The translations under genes were made by a program, and so were the position numbers. Below are positions 1 to 10,430 of a DNA stretch of 64,000 nucleotides, in pieces (within the stretch, counting starts at the first letter, position 1; the number at the start of each line of letters is the position of its first letter). This DNA comes from Negaprion brevirostris. Its lineage: Eukaryota. Where the stretch lies: positions 73,237,837-73,301,836 of the forward strand of contig JARDVH010000059.1 of NCBI GenBank assembly GCA_030324005.1. Reading direction: 5' to 3'. A model generated the notes under the pieces. That model saw nothing but the letters and a program-made list of their open reading frames with translations. It did no database searches and had not been told where the DNA came from.

Positions 1-169
1 TAAGAAATTGCCCCTTAGTGTCCAGGGATGCGTAGGTTAGAGGGATTAGTGGGTATAATATGTAGGGATATGGGAATTGGGCCTGGGTGGGATTGTGTTT
101 GGTGCAGACTCGATGGGCCGAAGGGCCTCTTTCTGCACTGTAGGGTTCTATGAATCTGTGGTTCTATGA
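1..169 (+). mobile_element. HE1-type SINE, 3' part (CR1/HER1-like tail)
   Basis: aaattgccccttagtgtcc...gatgggccgaagggcctctttctgcactgtagggttctatga matches the 3' half of full copies at 2211 and 49614. Confidence 0.9.
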
Positions 170-1027
170 TATCCTCTGAGAAAAAGAGAGTGTTCCAGTG
201 TTGTTCCGGCCTACTTGTGGACAATACTGGTTTGAAAAATGGCATATTAAGTTAGCAAATGACTTGAAAACTTACTCTGTAATAGGCGTCATTGCGAACA
301 ATGTTAATGTTGATTTTAGTGGTTCACTGCCTCTCTGCTACACTAAAGCTAAAGTTTATCATACTTAATACACTATGAGGCAAACACAGCAGCAGTGGCT
401 GCTGTAATTGTACAATCACAACAGCAATGAACATGCACTGTTTTCACAGGACCAACAAACTGTAAGGATAAGAGCAGGACAAGCAGGGGATCACTGGATC
501 ATATTTAGGAGAGACAAGTCTTAAAAAAAAACAAAACAATTAAAGACAAAAAATGTTAATCAAGAGCACACTAATCCATCACAGAGCAAGAGACTATTAG
601 AATAAATATAGGAGCCACAGTTCATTAACTTGTCCTAATGGCTACTTTAACTACATCTGTTCAAAGCATTCATTAGTTATGTTTTAAAACAGTTTGTAAG
701 ATAAGTACAAAGATAATTTGAACGCAGTAGCTACTTTCAATCTGTCTTTTTTTTCCTTCTTCTCTTGAAGGTGCTTTTTCGGGATGGAATTTGATTCCAT
801 AAGTTGATCATCCTAAATCTTTTTGTCCTTTTTTTTCACCTTTTCTATACTGATGATTCCTTCCCTCGCTTTCCTCCTTGATATCGTCTGATTCCACTGG
901 CATCACGTGCCCTCTGATAACTCTGCATGACTGTTCTTCAACTGTAAGCTGAAATAATGAATGATGGCTAGCCATACAACCAGGGGAGCAAACCCAAACT
1001 ACCCTCACCTGACACCCTGAACATACA

Positions 1028-1253
1028 GGGTGAGATTCTGCAGTGTGTTTCTGAATCACAGTGTGATTCTGTGTGTTTCCCACTGGCGAGCGGTAGTGTG
1101 TTGCTTGCAAACAGTGGGATTCTCTGATCCAGCCGCTGTCGATGGTTATTCCCATTGATGTCACCCCACGCCGGCAGGAAGCCTGTGGGCAGGGGTGCAC
1201 AGCGGGTGGGACTGGAGAATCCCGCCAGCATGTATGGCTGGAGAATTCCGGCC
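1028..1253. mobile_element. MITE-like TIR element, PIF/Harbinger-like
   Basis: Starts gggtgagattct, ends agaattccggcc (imperfect inverted termini); flanked by ACA on both sides (1025-1027, 1254-1256), a possible 3-bp TSD. Confidence 0.6.
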
Positions 1254-2136
1254 ACACTTTCAAGTGAGGTCACTGGACAATAATCAAAAGTAGAAACCTT
1301 GGCCAATACAAATTGGAGATTCGGGTGGTTGAAACTATTACTGTAAGTTTACACAGGACAATTAGAATGTGCAGTCAGATTCACAGATCTACTCTTTAAT
1401 TCAAAGAAATTGTTTTTCTTTTTCTTTAAGAATGGCAAAAGGCATGTTCNNNNNNNNNNNNNNNNNNNNNNNNNNNNNNNNNNNNNNNNNNNNNNNNNNN
1501 NNNNNNNNNNNNNNNNNNNNNNNNNNNNNNNNNNNNNNNNNNNNNNNNNTTTCTTTAAGAATGGCAAAAGGCATGTTCACTGATGCACTTTGGAATAACT
1601 ACCCAAAGCATCTCAAATAGTATATTTGTTGAATGACAAAGGAGAAATTTATATTATCTTTCTTAGACAAGATGATTTTCTGTTCCTATTTCAGTGGAGC
1701 TCCATCAGAAAGTTTTCAGAAATTTCTTTATTCTGTTAAACGCTGTCTATAAACGTCGCCAGAAGGTTGTTTTTGTCTTCCATGTAAACTGGGATCTTTT
1801 ATGATGTCCAGCCAGAGTTGCATCAGCTATAGCCATTGTGTGGCTAACATTTTTACTCCATGATGAATTACAGACTGGCATTGTTTCTGAAGGCTTTGCA
1901 ATATGGTGTGATATATTGTTGAAACCCTTCACGCCAGCCAGTATTTTTCATTTCAGGGCCCAGCTGTTGTACTGCAGTGTTCAAAAAAAGCTACTGAGCT
2001 GATTGCTTTGGTTGGTTGTTGCTCTTGAATAGCATAGGAGCAGAGGAAAATGGCTTTTGCCAACATTCTTTAAAACTTATTCTGTGGGCAATTAAATATT
2101 AAGTGTCAAGTGAAAATATCTAAAATTGCTAAAGCC

Positions 2137-2565
2137 TGGAGAACTGTGCACTGTTTTGGGCTCCACATCTAAGAAAGGATATAGTTGCATTGGAGGCAGT
2201 CTAGCAAAAGGGTTGCATTGTGGCACAATGGTTAGCATTGCTGCCTCACAACTCTAGGGACCCGGGTTCAATTTCAACTTTGGATGACTATCTTTGTGAA
2301 ATTTGCACATTCTCCCTGTGTCTGCATTGGTTTCCTCTGGGTGCTCTCGTTTCCTCTCTTACTCCAAAGATGTGCAGGTTAGATTGATTGGCCATGCTAA
2401 ACTGCCCCTTAGTGTCAAGGGGATTAGCAGGATAAATATGTGGCGTTATGGGGATAGGGTCCAGAAGGGATTATTGTTGGTGCAGATTCGATGGGCCAGA
2501 TGGCCTCCGTCTGCACTATAGGGATTCTGCGATTCACTACATTGGTTCCTGAGATGAGAGAATAA
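2137..2565 (+). mobile_element. CR1 LINE ORF2 fragment split by an HE1 SINE
   Basis: Degenerate LENCALFWAPHLRKDIVALEAV before 2211, continuing as ...TTLVPEMR after 2535; typical of the CR1 ORF2 C-terminal region. Confidence 0.75.
2211..2535 (+). mobile_element. HE1-type V-SINE, full length
   Basis: tRNA-like head (tggcacaatggttagca A box; gggttcaatt B box), V-domain ttctccctgtgtctgcattggtttcctctgggtgctc, CR1-like tail. Confidence 0.92.
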
Positions 2566-2669
2566 GTAAATGGGTCCATGCTGTCTGGCATTTAGAAGAA
2601 TAAGAGATAAATGGACGAGGTGGATGGATAATTTGTACATTGAAAAATCATCATGATAGCAGGTATTAT

Positions 2670-3632
2670 GATGTTAGCTCAGCATCTGTCATAAGGAAAA
2701 TGCTGGAATCCATTACTAAGGAGGATATAGCTGGGCAGTTTGGAAATTTCAATGCAATCAGACATGGTTTTGTGAAAGGGAAACTGTACTTGACTAATAT
2801 ATTAGAATTCTTTGAGGAAGTAACAAGTAATGTGGATAAGTGGATGTGGTGTATTTAGATTTCCAGGAGTGACAGAGTGCCACATCAAAGGTTACTACAC
2901 AAAAGAAAAGCTTGTTGTGTCGATGGTAACATATTAACACAGATGGAAGATTGGCGTGCTAACTGGAAGTAGAGGGTATAAATGGGTCACTTTCAGATTG
3001 GCAAGATATAATGAGTGGAGTTTGAGATGGATCAGTGCTCAAGGCTCAAGTGTTTACAATTTATATCAATGATTTGGATGAAGGGACTGAATGTATAATT
3101 GTGAAATATGCTGATGACACAAAGGTAGGAGAGTAGATTGTGAAGAGGACATAAAGAATCTGTAACAGAACATGGAGAGGTTTAATGAATGAGCAAAAAT
3201 TTTGCAGATGGAGTATAATTGGGAAAATATGAACTCCTCCACTTAGAAGAATCAAAGATGATCTTATTGAAACATAAGAGGTCCTGAATGATCTTGACAG
3301 AGTGGGTGCTAATCAGATGTTTCCCCTTGTAGGAGAGACCAGACCTCGGACACGCAGTTTATGAATAAGGGCCTCCCATTTAAGACAGAATTCAGGAGAA
3401 TTTTCTTTTCTCCTACAGTCGTAAGTCTGTGGAAATATCTTCCCAGAGAGAGGTAGAGGCAGGGTTGTTGAATATTTTTAAGGCAGAGATAGATTGCTTT
3501 TGTTGGTCATGAATCCCTCAGAGCTAGGTGGGAAGGTGGTATTAGGGCTACAATCTGATCAGCCTTGATCTTAACGAATGGTGGAGCAGGCCTGAGGGGC
3601 TAAATGGCCTACTTTGGTTACTAATTCATATG
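2670..3632 (+). mobile_element. CR1/HER1 LINE, 5'-truncated degenerate RT region and 3' end
   Basis: RHGFVKGKLYLTNILEFFEEVT and FTIYINDLDEGTECIIVKYADDTK (RT motifs) with stops/frameshifts; CR1 3' end gaatggtggagcaggcctgaggggctaaatggcctact. Confidence 0.92.
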
Positions 3633-3719
3633 CTCACAGGTCCGTGCGTTCATATGTACAAATAAAACAAATAATCATATTTCATGGCATGGAAGGAAAG
3701 GCAATGGAAGTCTTAGCTA

Positions 3720-4400
3720 CCTGCTGGAGAGCCAGTGAGGGACTCCCACTGCCTTTTTTGGGAAACACTGCAGTAATAGTTAGTTAAGCAGTTGAAATGT
3801 CACTGATGGGCCATTCACAGCATCAGAGATATGGGGAAAGGAAATTCTGCTTGTCCATTGGCCTACTGGCCAATCAGATGGTGGCAGCCCTCTTGCTGGT
3901 GGCGGTGGTTGCTACGGGACTTTGACTGGAGGCCCAGGATCATAGAGTGACTCAGGCCAGAGGTAAGGCTTGGGTTGAGGCTCACTCGGGAGGAGCATGT
4001 AAGCCGGTGGTCAGCAGCAAGGGCACGGGGTTGCCTCTGAATTGGGAAACCACTCTCCCTCTCCCAATAGGTCTCTTGGTCAGAACTGAGTACCTTTGAA
4101 CAAGGGACCCATAGCAACCCATAGGAAATGATGAGCAACTTGCACAAATTTACCTGTCTTGCTCCCCATCTGATATAGACTCACATGCCACTGTGTTATC
4201 CCAGCGGGAAGAGATCCTCAATTGAGTGTTAATTACCCAGTTAAGGACAACAATTGGCAATGGGGTAGGAAAACTATCCACTGGCATTTCCACCATGCAC
4301 TTAATGGGGGTGCAATCGCCACCCCATCTAATAAAATGCCCATTCTGCCTCTAAACATGTCATCAGATAGAACATGAAATATCGCCCATATTATGGGCAA
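3720..4400. mobile_element. Non-autonomous interspersed repeat (ccaatcag / taattggccacttaa family)
   Basis: ggccaatcagatggtggcagccctc and attgagtgttaattacccagttaagg recur in diverged form near 10320, 16926, 17283, 37256, 52867. Confidence 0.6.
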
Positions 4401-5455
4401 TCATTAAAGTAAAAATAAACTATAAAACAAAAAGATTGTGCAATTATAATCATCTCATCATAAAAATAATTACAATATGTTGCAAATTCATGTCTCCCTA
4501 ATTTACAGAATAGGAATGAAAGGTCTACTGCACTTTGCATTTTTATTAAAGTCCATAGATCATATGTTGTCAGATTAAGTTCATTGAATTCTCAATCATT
4601 TGCATACTCTGAGTTTTATTAAGTAGGGGATTAGGCAGTCTGTTTTTTTTCTATTTTTTGCAATGGCCTTTTTTTCAAGAGGGAAAGGCATTGGGAGATG
4701 GGATACATGAGTTTTCCGCAAAGCCTACTCGGAGCTTTGTCCGCCTTACAGCAAGGGAACAGCAGTTCAGTTAGTGTTAGCATAGCTTTGGTGCACATTA
4801 CTTCGGATAAGTGTCTGTGCTTGTTTCTGAATGTTTTCGAGCTTGTTCACATGCTGTTTGGTAAGTCCAGCATTCCAAACAAGCACTGCCTATTCAACAA
4901 TGGGTCTTATGTAACTGTTAGCCACAGTGAATAGGTCAGTTGAAGAAATGTTGTGACGCTGGAGACGATGTAGCATATGAAGTCTTTCATTTCCTCTCTT
5001 AAGCATTTCACACACACTTGGCAATCCAATTTGAGATCACTTTGAATGTAAATTCCTAATTGTTTAATGTACACTTGATGTGCAATCTCAGTATTGTCTC
5101 ACTTGATCAGAGGTGAATCAGGAGGTGGGGGGGGGAGCTGTGTTGCAAATGAAATGCAATTCCATAGTGTTGCACTTTTGGTAGTTTAGGCTCATGTGAT
5201 TCCTCATTGCCAATTCACCTGAGATGCACCATCTTGAATATTGCACTCCAAGAGGGTCAGGACATGCAATGAAGCGGGATGATGATATCAATACATGCAT
5301 TGTTTTTGATACCTAAAAATATAAACGGCTGAATGTAATGAACTGAATTAGGTTCCTCGTGGGACCCAGGTGTCTAGCATTATCCAACTTGAAGTACTTG
5401 ATTTGTATCAAGTATGTTGTTGAGTGTTTTGAAAGATTGAGATCCTGTGTAGACA

Positions 5456-5965
5456 TGAGCATTGATCTTATTGAAACACACAAGATTTTTAAGGGCCTTG
5501 ACAGGGTAGAAACTGGGATGTTTGTTCCCCTGGCTAGGGAATCTAGAACATCGAGGCACAGTCTCAAGATAAGNNNNNNNNNNNNNNNNNNNNNNNNNNN
5601 NNNNNNNNNNNNNNNNNNNNNNNNNNNNNNNNNNNNNNNNNNNNNNNNNNNNNNNNNNNNNNNNNNNNNNNNNNNNNNNNNNNNNNNNNNNNNNNNNNNN
5701 NNNNNNNNNNNNNNNNNNNNNNNNNNNNNNNNNNNNNNNNNNNNNNNNNNNNNNNNNNNNNNNNNNNNNNNNNNNNNNNNNNNNNNNNNNTCACCTCTTT
5801 GGAGTTTGAATACTTCATCATTGTATATATTTAAGAGTGAGATAAACTGCTTTTTGATCTCAGGGAATTGAGGGACATGGTCAGCGGGCAAGAAAATAGA
5901 GTCGTTGAATGAAGGAACAAGCTTGAAGAGCCGTACTGTCTACTCCTTCTGCGATTTCCTTTGTT
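5456..5965 (+). mobile_element. CR1 LINE 3' end, partly N-masked
   Basis: DLIETHKIFKGLDRV...TSRHSLKI CR1 C-terminal motif followed by CR1-like 3' UTR. Confidence 0.85.
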
Positions 5966-6436
5966 TCCCTGCTTTAAATGTTAATGAATAGTTATATGTA
6001 AGTAACAGTTGATGTAGTATTCATTTGCATTCCTCTAAACTAGATTAATACACCTGAGTGAAGATATTTGGGAAAAGCCATTTTTGCTTCTGAGTTAAAG
6101 ATCATTATTCAGGATCTTGTGCAGTATTCAACAGCTGATGCACAAATGGCAGCCTTTAAATTCCTCAGTCACTTTCCCACTATCCCAACTGTATAATAGA
6201 TTGTTAATCTTATTGGTGTTTACAAGGCCGCTGTTAAGGCTGTATGCTGTCAGGAGACACATGCATCACTAGGGCTGCACTTCCAGCGCCCAGTGGAGAT
6301 TTCCAAAAATCCACATTATCCTCACCATCTCCATTTGACCTCTGAAACAAACAAGATGATGTGGCAAAAGTCGGAAATTCTTGAAGGAAGATGCCACTGG
6401 CCTTCGTTGTGTGTCCGGTAGAAAGGATCAAGATGT

Positions 6437-6743
6437 TCAGCCCCCAAATCCATTGAGAATGCATCCTTGACATTTCAGAGCATACACCACGTCCATGGCA
6501 ATGACCATCTTGCACTGCTTGTTCAGCGTAGGTGACCACACTCCTGATCTCCTTCTCCAGGAAAACCGTCACACCCTGTGATTCTTCTCATAGATTAAAC
6601 TCAAGATCTGCTTGACAGTGCACAGCAAGCTAGGAGGAGGATTGCTGATATGGTGATGTCCTGGGTATTATCATGAATATTTTGCAGTGCCGCTTTGCTC
6701 TGTCTTTACCCAATCCTTTACCTCCTTTCCCTCTACCAGACAT
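6437..6743 (-). pseudogene. H4 (pseudogene): Histone H4 pseudogene, full length, frameshifted
   Basis: Minus strand from 6743 reads MSGRGKGGKGLGKDRAKRHCKI, then with frame corrections HDNTQDITISAILLLACC..VKQILSLIYEKNHRV..TVFLEKEIRSVVTYAEQ..CKMVIAMDVVYALKCQGCILNGFGG-TGA, colinear with canonical H4. Length is 307 nt vs 312 (net 5 nt lost over about 4 sites); many Arg->Cys/His/Gln changes from CpG decay. Confidence 0.96.
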
Positions 6744-6835
6744 GATGATTCTTCACTCAGATCACTGCCGGCCCATGGCAGTCTGTTATATTCCAATCCC
6801 TCAATGTACTGGTCACCCACATTGAGCCTTGGGAG
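6744..6835 (-). promoter_or_regulatory. Remnant H4 5' UTR and promoter (TATA-like and site II-like)
   Basis: Upstream on minus strand: ctcaatgtgggtgaccagtac (resembles H4 site II TCAATNTGGTCCGATAC), attgg (reverse CCAAT), aatataac about 45 nt before the ATG, gagtgaagaatcatcATG. Confidence 0.4.
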
Positions 6836-7269
6836 CAGAACTCTGTTTTTGGGAGTCCCTCATCTTGACTCTATGCTCAGCATGTTATTTGCCTTGTCAA
6901 AGGTGGACAAAACTTTTGCTCCCCATAAGACATTGAGGAAACCTCTGGAAATAAATTGCAGCATTTGAGAGTTTAAAGAAAACATTCAAAGTATGTATAA
7001 ACACTCAAAAAGACCATAACACTTACCAGTATAACCTTGTGAATTGCCCTTTGCTTTGTGGTAATGCTAATACCATAGCAGATGTGAATAGTAGTGATGT
7101 ATATGTTGTCTGTGTTTCATGTATTTTGACCAAACCCCTGAATTAAATGGGGAAGGTGTGGAAGAGAATAGTTAGGGGAAGGGAAGGTCAGAGGAGGGAT
7201 TTCAGGATGATTATTGCTCTTTCATGCTCTTACGATGGGTGAGTATATATTCAAAATTATATTTGAGCT

Positions 7270-7400
7270 ACAGGAATTTCCTCAGTGTGACTCCCGCTCC
7301 ACCATCAATGCCACATAGCTGACTAATCGAGATACTTGTTGCGTTTCAGCTGAAGTTACAATGGCAAGGTGGAAGTGGCTCTGAGGAAATTTCTGGCCAG
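7270..7400. mobile_element. Short hairpin MITE
   Basis: ggaatttcctcag ... ctgaggaaatttc inverted termini; related copy at about 10795-10905 (ggaatttcctcagg...aagttacggc). Confidence 0.65.
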
Positions 7401-7560
7401 TGTAAAACTGAGTATTTAAAAGATTAAATATGTAATTGCAAATCTATACTACTTTCAGAAGCAAAAAAGTCAACAGAAATGCAGATTTCTTTGTTCAGAT
7501 GCTTTCACTTCAGTTAATATGTGTGTTATAAAATGACCACGTCACAATCAATTGTCAATT

Positions 7561-7857
7561 ATCACAGAATCCCTACAGCGCAGAAGGAGGCCATTCGGTG
7601 CATCAAGCCTGCACCCAAACAGTGCCACCCAGGCCCTATCCCCATAATCCTACATATTTAGCCCTGATGCTAAGGGGCAATTTACCATAACCAATCAACC
7701 TACCCTGCACATCTTTGGACTGTAGGGGGAAACTGAAGCACCCAGAGGAAACCCACACAGACATGTACACACTGCACACAGTCGCACAAGACCAGAATTG
7801 AACCTGGGTCCCTATCACTGTGAGGCAGCATTGCTGTCCACTGTGCAATCGTGCCAT
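7561..7857 (-). mobile_element. HE1-type SINE
   Basis: Reverse complement of the 2211 copy (agaatccctacag...tgtgaggcagca). Confidence 0.92.
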
Positions 7858-8423
7858 CTTATGCCAATTGTAGTTTTTCAGCATTGAGCACACAAGATGT
7901 TGGAGCATAGTCACTGTGCACCTGTGTGTTGCTGTTTTATGGCCGAGATTCTCACTCCTATGCTTTGAGAATGGTGTATGGCTCTGTATATAGTGGAAAA
8001 GAAAACTGGTGAATAGTAAAACCTGTACAAGACTTTCTTTCCATTTGCTGCAAAACCCACTGAAGGGTCAGGTCCCATCTTGAAGTACAATATTGAGAAA
8101 GACAAGGATGAGAAGGAATGTTAATTTACTAATATAAATCAAGAAGTAGTAGTGGGGTGACTTTGTACTTGAGTTCTCAGTCTGCTGATTCTAACTCTTA
8201 ATTGAATAATGGGTTTTGGCTGAATCACCAATCTGGTTCATAATTAAGTGGCAAAGAACACAGAATGCACTGAACCTTCATCCAATCATGACATTGATGT
8301 TCAGGATATGCCTATTATTTGAAGCCAATAAAAGAATGAAAGAGACAGGGAACAAAATATAAGTAGAACTGCGTACAGAAACGAGATCAAAGCAAATATG
8401 ATGGAAAACTTACCTTCAGGAAC

Positions 8424-8732
8424 GGTGATTTGTGGCACAGTCGTTAGCAATGCTGCCTCACAGTACCATAGACGAGGGTTTGAATACCAGCTTGGGTCAC
8501 TGTCTATGAAGAGTCTACACGTTCTCCCTGAATCTTCATGAGTTTCCTCTGGGTGCTCCGGTTTCCTCCCACAGTCCGAAAGACGTGCTGGTTAGGTGCT
8601 CTGGCTGTGCTAAATTCTCTCTCCGTGTAACCAAACAGATGCCGGAGTATGGCAACTAGGGGATTTTCACAGTAACTTTGTTGCAGTATTAATGTAAGCC
8701 TACTTGTGACACTAAGAAATAAATTTAAATTT
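8424..8732 (+). mobile_element. HE1-like SINE with alternative 3' tail
   Basis: HE1 head and V-domain, but tail is ggattttcacagtaactttgttgcagtattaatgtaagcctacttgtgacact. Confidence 0.88.
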
Positions 8733-9656
8733 ATCAGAAACTTCTTGGTACAACACTGTAGACAATTAGTGAAATTTCTGGGCCATTGATGAGTTGAATC
8801 ACTGTTTCCAGGGTGTGACCTATGGAAGGATACAAATGGGCATGAGGCTACACTTTATAATAAATGTGGTATGTCATGGAACTCGCAAGCTGTCCAGTGT
8901 AAAATTCCAAATTGNNNNNNNNNNNNNNNNNNNNNNNNNNNNNNNNNNNNNNNNNNNNNNNNNNNNNNNNNNNNNNNNNNNNNNNNNNNNNNNNNNNNNN
9001 NNNNNNNNNNNNNNGTGTAAAATTCCAAATTGGCAATATTTTCACAAGGAGAATTAATTAAACATTCTTTTTTGAATCGAGGCAGATGAAATTTCTCTCT
9101 TATCAAGCAATGGAAGAATTTCCATTTTTCTCCATGATTAATAACCCATTAATGAAATTACAGCAAATGTGGGATTGAAATGTGCACGGTGCAATTTTCT
9201 TAGCGTGTTGTTAATTACTAAGGAAAATCAAAATTCCACAAATATTTTGTTAAATGTGGGATTTTGCCCCATTTTTAACAAAGTTGCATTGAGTTAAGAA
9301 AACCTTTGCATGTTAAAAATTGCAAAATCCTACATGAAACATTGGAATCAGAATTTGAATAATACGGCATTAAATAATACTCAAGACTGCGGCTAGATTA
9401 ATTGTCTATTCCTGCCAATCTCATGCAGCTTTCACATTCCCCAACCTGTGGTAACACTAAACATCTTGTGCTCTGACTGATTTGATGGAGTTTAGGGGAG
9501 GTGCTTGATCAAGGAGGGAGATGTGATGCATGTATTTTGTTACTTGTATTCTACTGCTACAGAACAGCTTTGCTTGACTACAGTGGCTGTTTGGTAAATG
9601 GGGGTTTTCTGAATTATTGTGGAGTTATTTAGTGTAAAAATTGTGCCATTCACTCA

Positions 9657-9710
9657 TACCAAAACAGAAAATGCTGGAAAAACACAGCAGGTCTGGTGGC
9701 ATCTGTTGGG
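9657..9710. repeat. Fragment of abundant shark repeat terminus (aaaacagaaaatgctggaaa family)
   Basis: aaaacagaaaatgctggaaaaacacagcaggtctggtggcatctg; related pieces at 26360, 27815 (inverted), 38745, 55770. Confidence 0.7.
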
Positions 9711-9786
9711 CATCGGAGGCTGCTGCCTATATGACACCCATCCTGGGCCTAGTGTTGTCACCAGATCCCAAGCCACAGGCAAGAGT

Positions 9787-9985
9787 GATGCTCTCATTGA
9801 ACGGTGGAGCAGAATCAATATGGCTTAGCTGAAGCTCCTTTGTCTTATGGTCAGAAGAAAACATAGAAACTAGAATCAGGAGTAGGCCATTCAGCCCTTC
9901 AAGTCTGCTCCTCCATTCATCTTGATCATGGTTGACCATCGAATTCAATATCCCTTTAGCCCCAAGAACTATACCTAATTTCTTC
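9787..9985. mobile_element. Two CR1 3' tails, tail-to-tail (+ then -)
   Basis: attgaacggtggagcag...tcttatggtc (+), then catagaaactagaatcaggagtaggccattcagccc (-). Confidence 0.75.
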
Positions 9986-9999
9986 GGCCTCAGTTACAT

Positions 10000-10430
10000 T
10001 CCGTGATAGTGAATTCCGCACATTCACCGCCCCGGAGGTTGCAGGGTAGTCCTCGTGGGAAAAGAGGGGAGGTGCAGTTGTGAGAAAGGGAGTCTTCAGG
10101 GGGTTGTCCTCCCCCACCGCTGGGCTCCCCCCNNNNNNNNNNNNNNNNNNNNNNNNNNNNNNNNNNNNNNNNNNNCACTTCCCCCTCATCATCACTATCC
10201 CTCCTGCCCTTGGACCCCTTGAATTTACCTTGGTCACCTAGTTACAAGCATCCTCATGCTTTTGTCTTCAGTCCACAGTAGCTCTTGTCTTGTTGCAGCA
10301 GAGAGTGGAGGGCACCTGGGCAATCAGATTGGCTGACAGCTCTATAAGGAGTGAAGTCCCACCCGCAACCACTTAACATCCATTTGAGCATGAAATGACT
10401 GCTAGGCACTTGGATTCAATGGGGATGTGT
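10000..10430. mobile_element. ccaatcag-family non-autonomous repeat
   Basis: gggcaatcagattggctgacagctct; GC-rich, partly masked. Confidence 0.5.

Noticed and set aside
808-1306. Overlapping minus-strand ORFs of 151 and 112 aa
   Set aside because: They largely span a MITE, show no recognisable domain, and have no supporting gene structure
2211-2285. tRNA genes
   Set aside because: The A/B boxes belong to SINE heads followed by V-domain and tails; no intact cloverleaf was seen
6234-6572. 112-aa ORF starting MTVFLEKEIRSVVTYAEQ as a real gene
   Set aside because: It is one frame segment of the H4 pseudogene running out of frame into flanking DNA
8405-8425. Strong minus-strand donor (GAAG|GTAAGT)
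   Set aside because: The upstream sequence on that strand is the antisense of a SINE, and no credible exon was found
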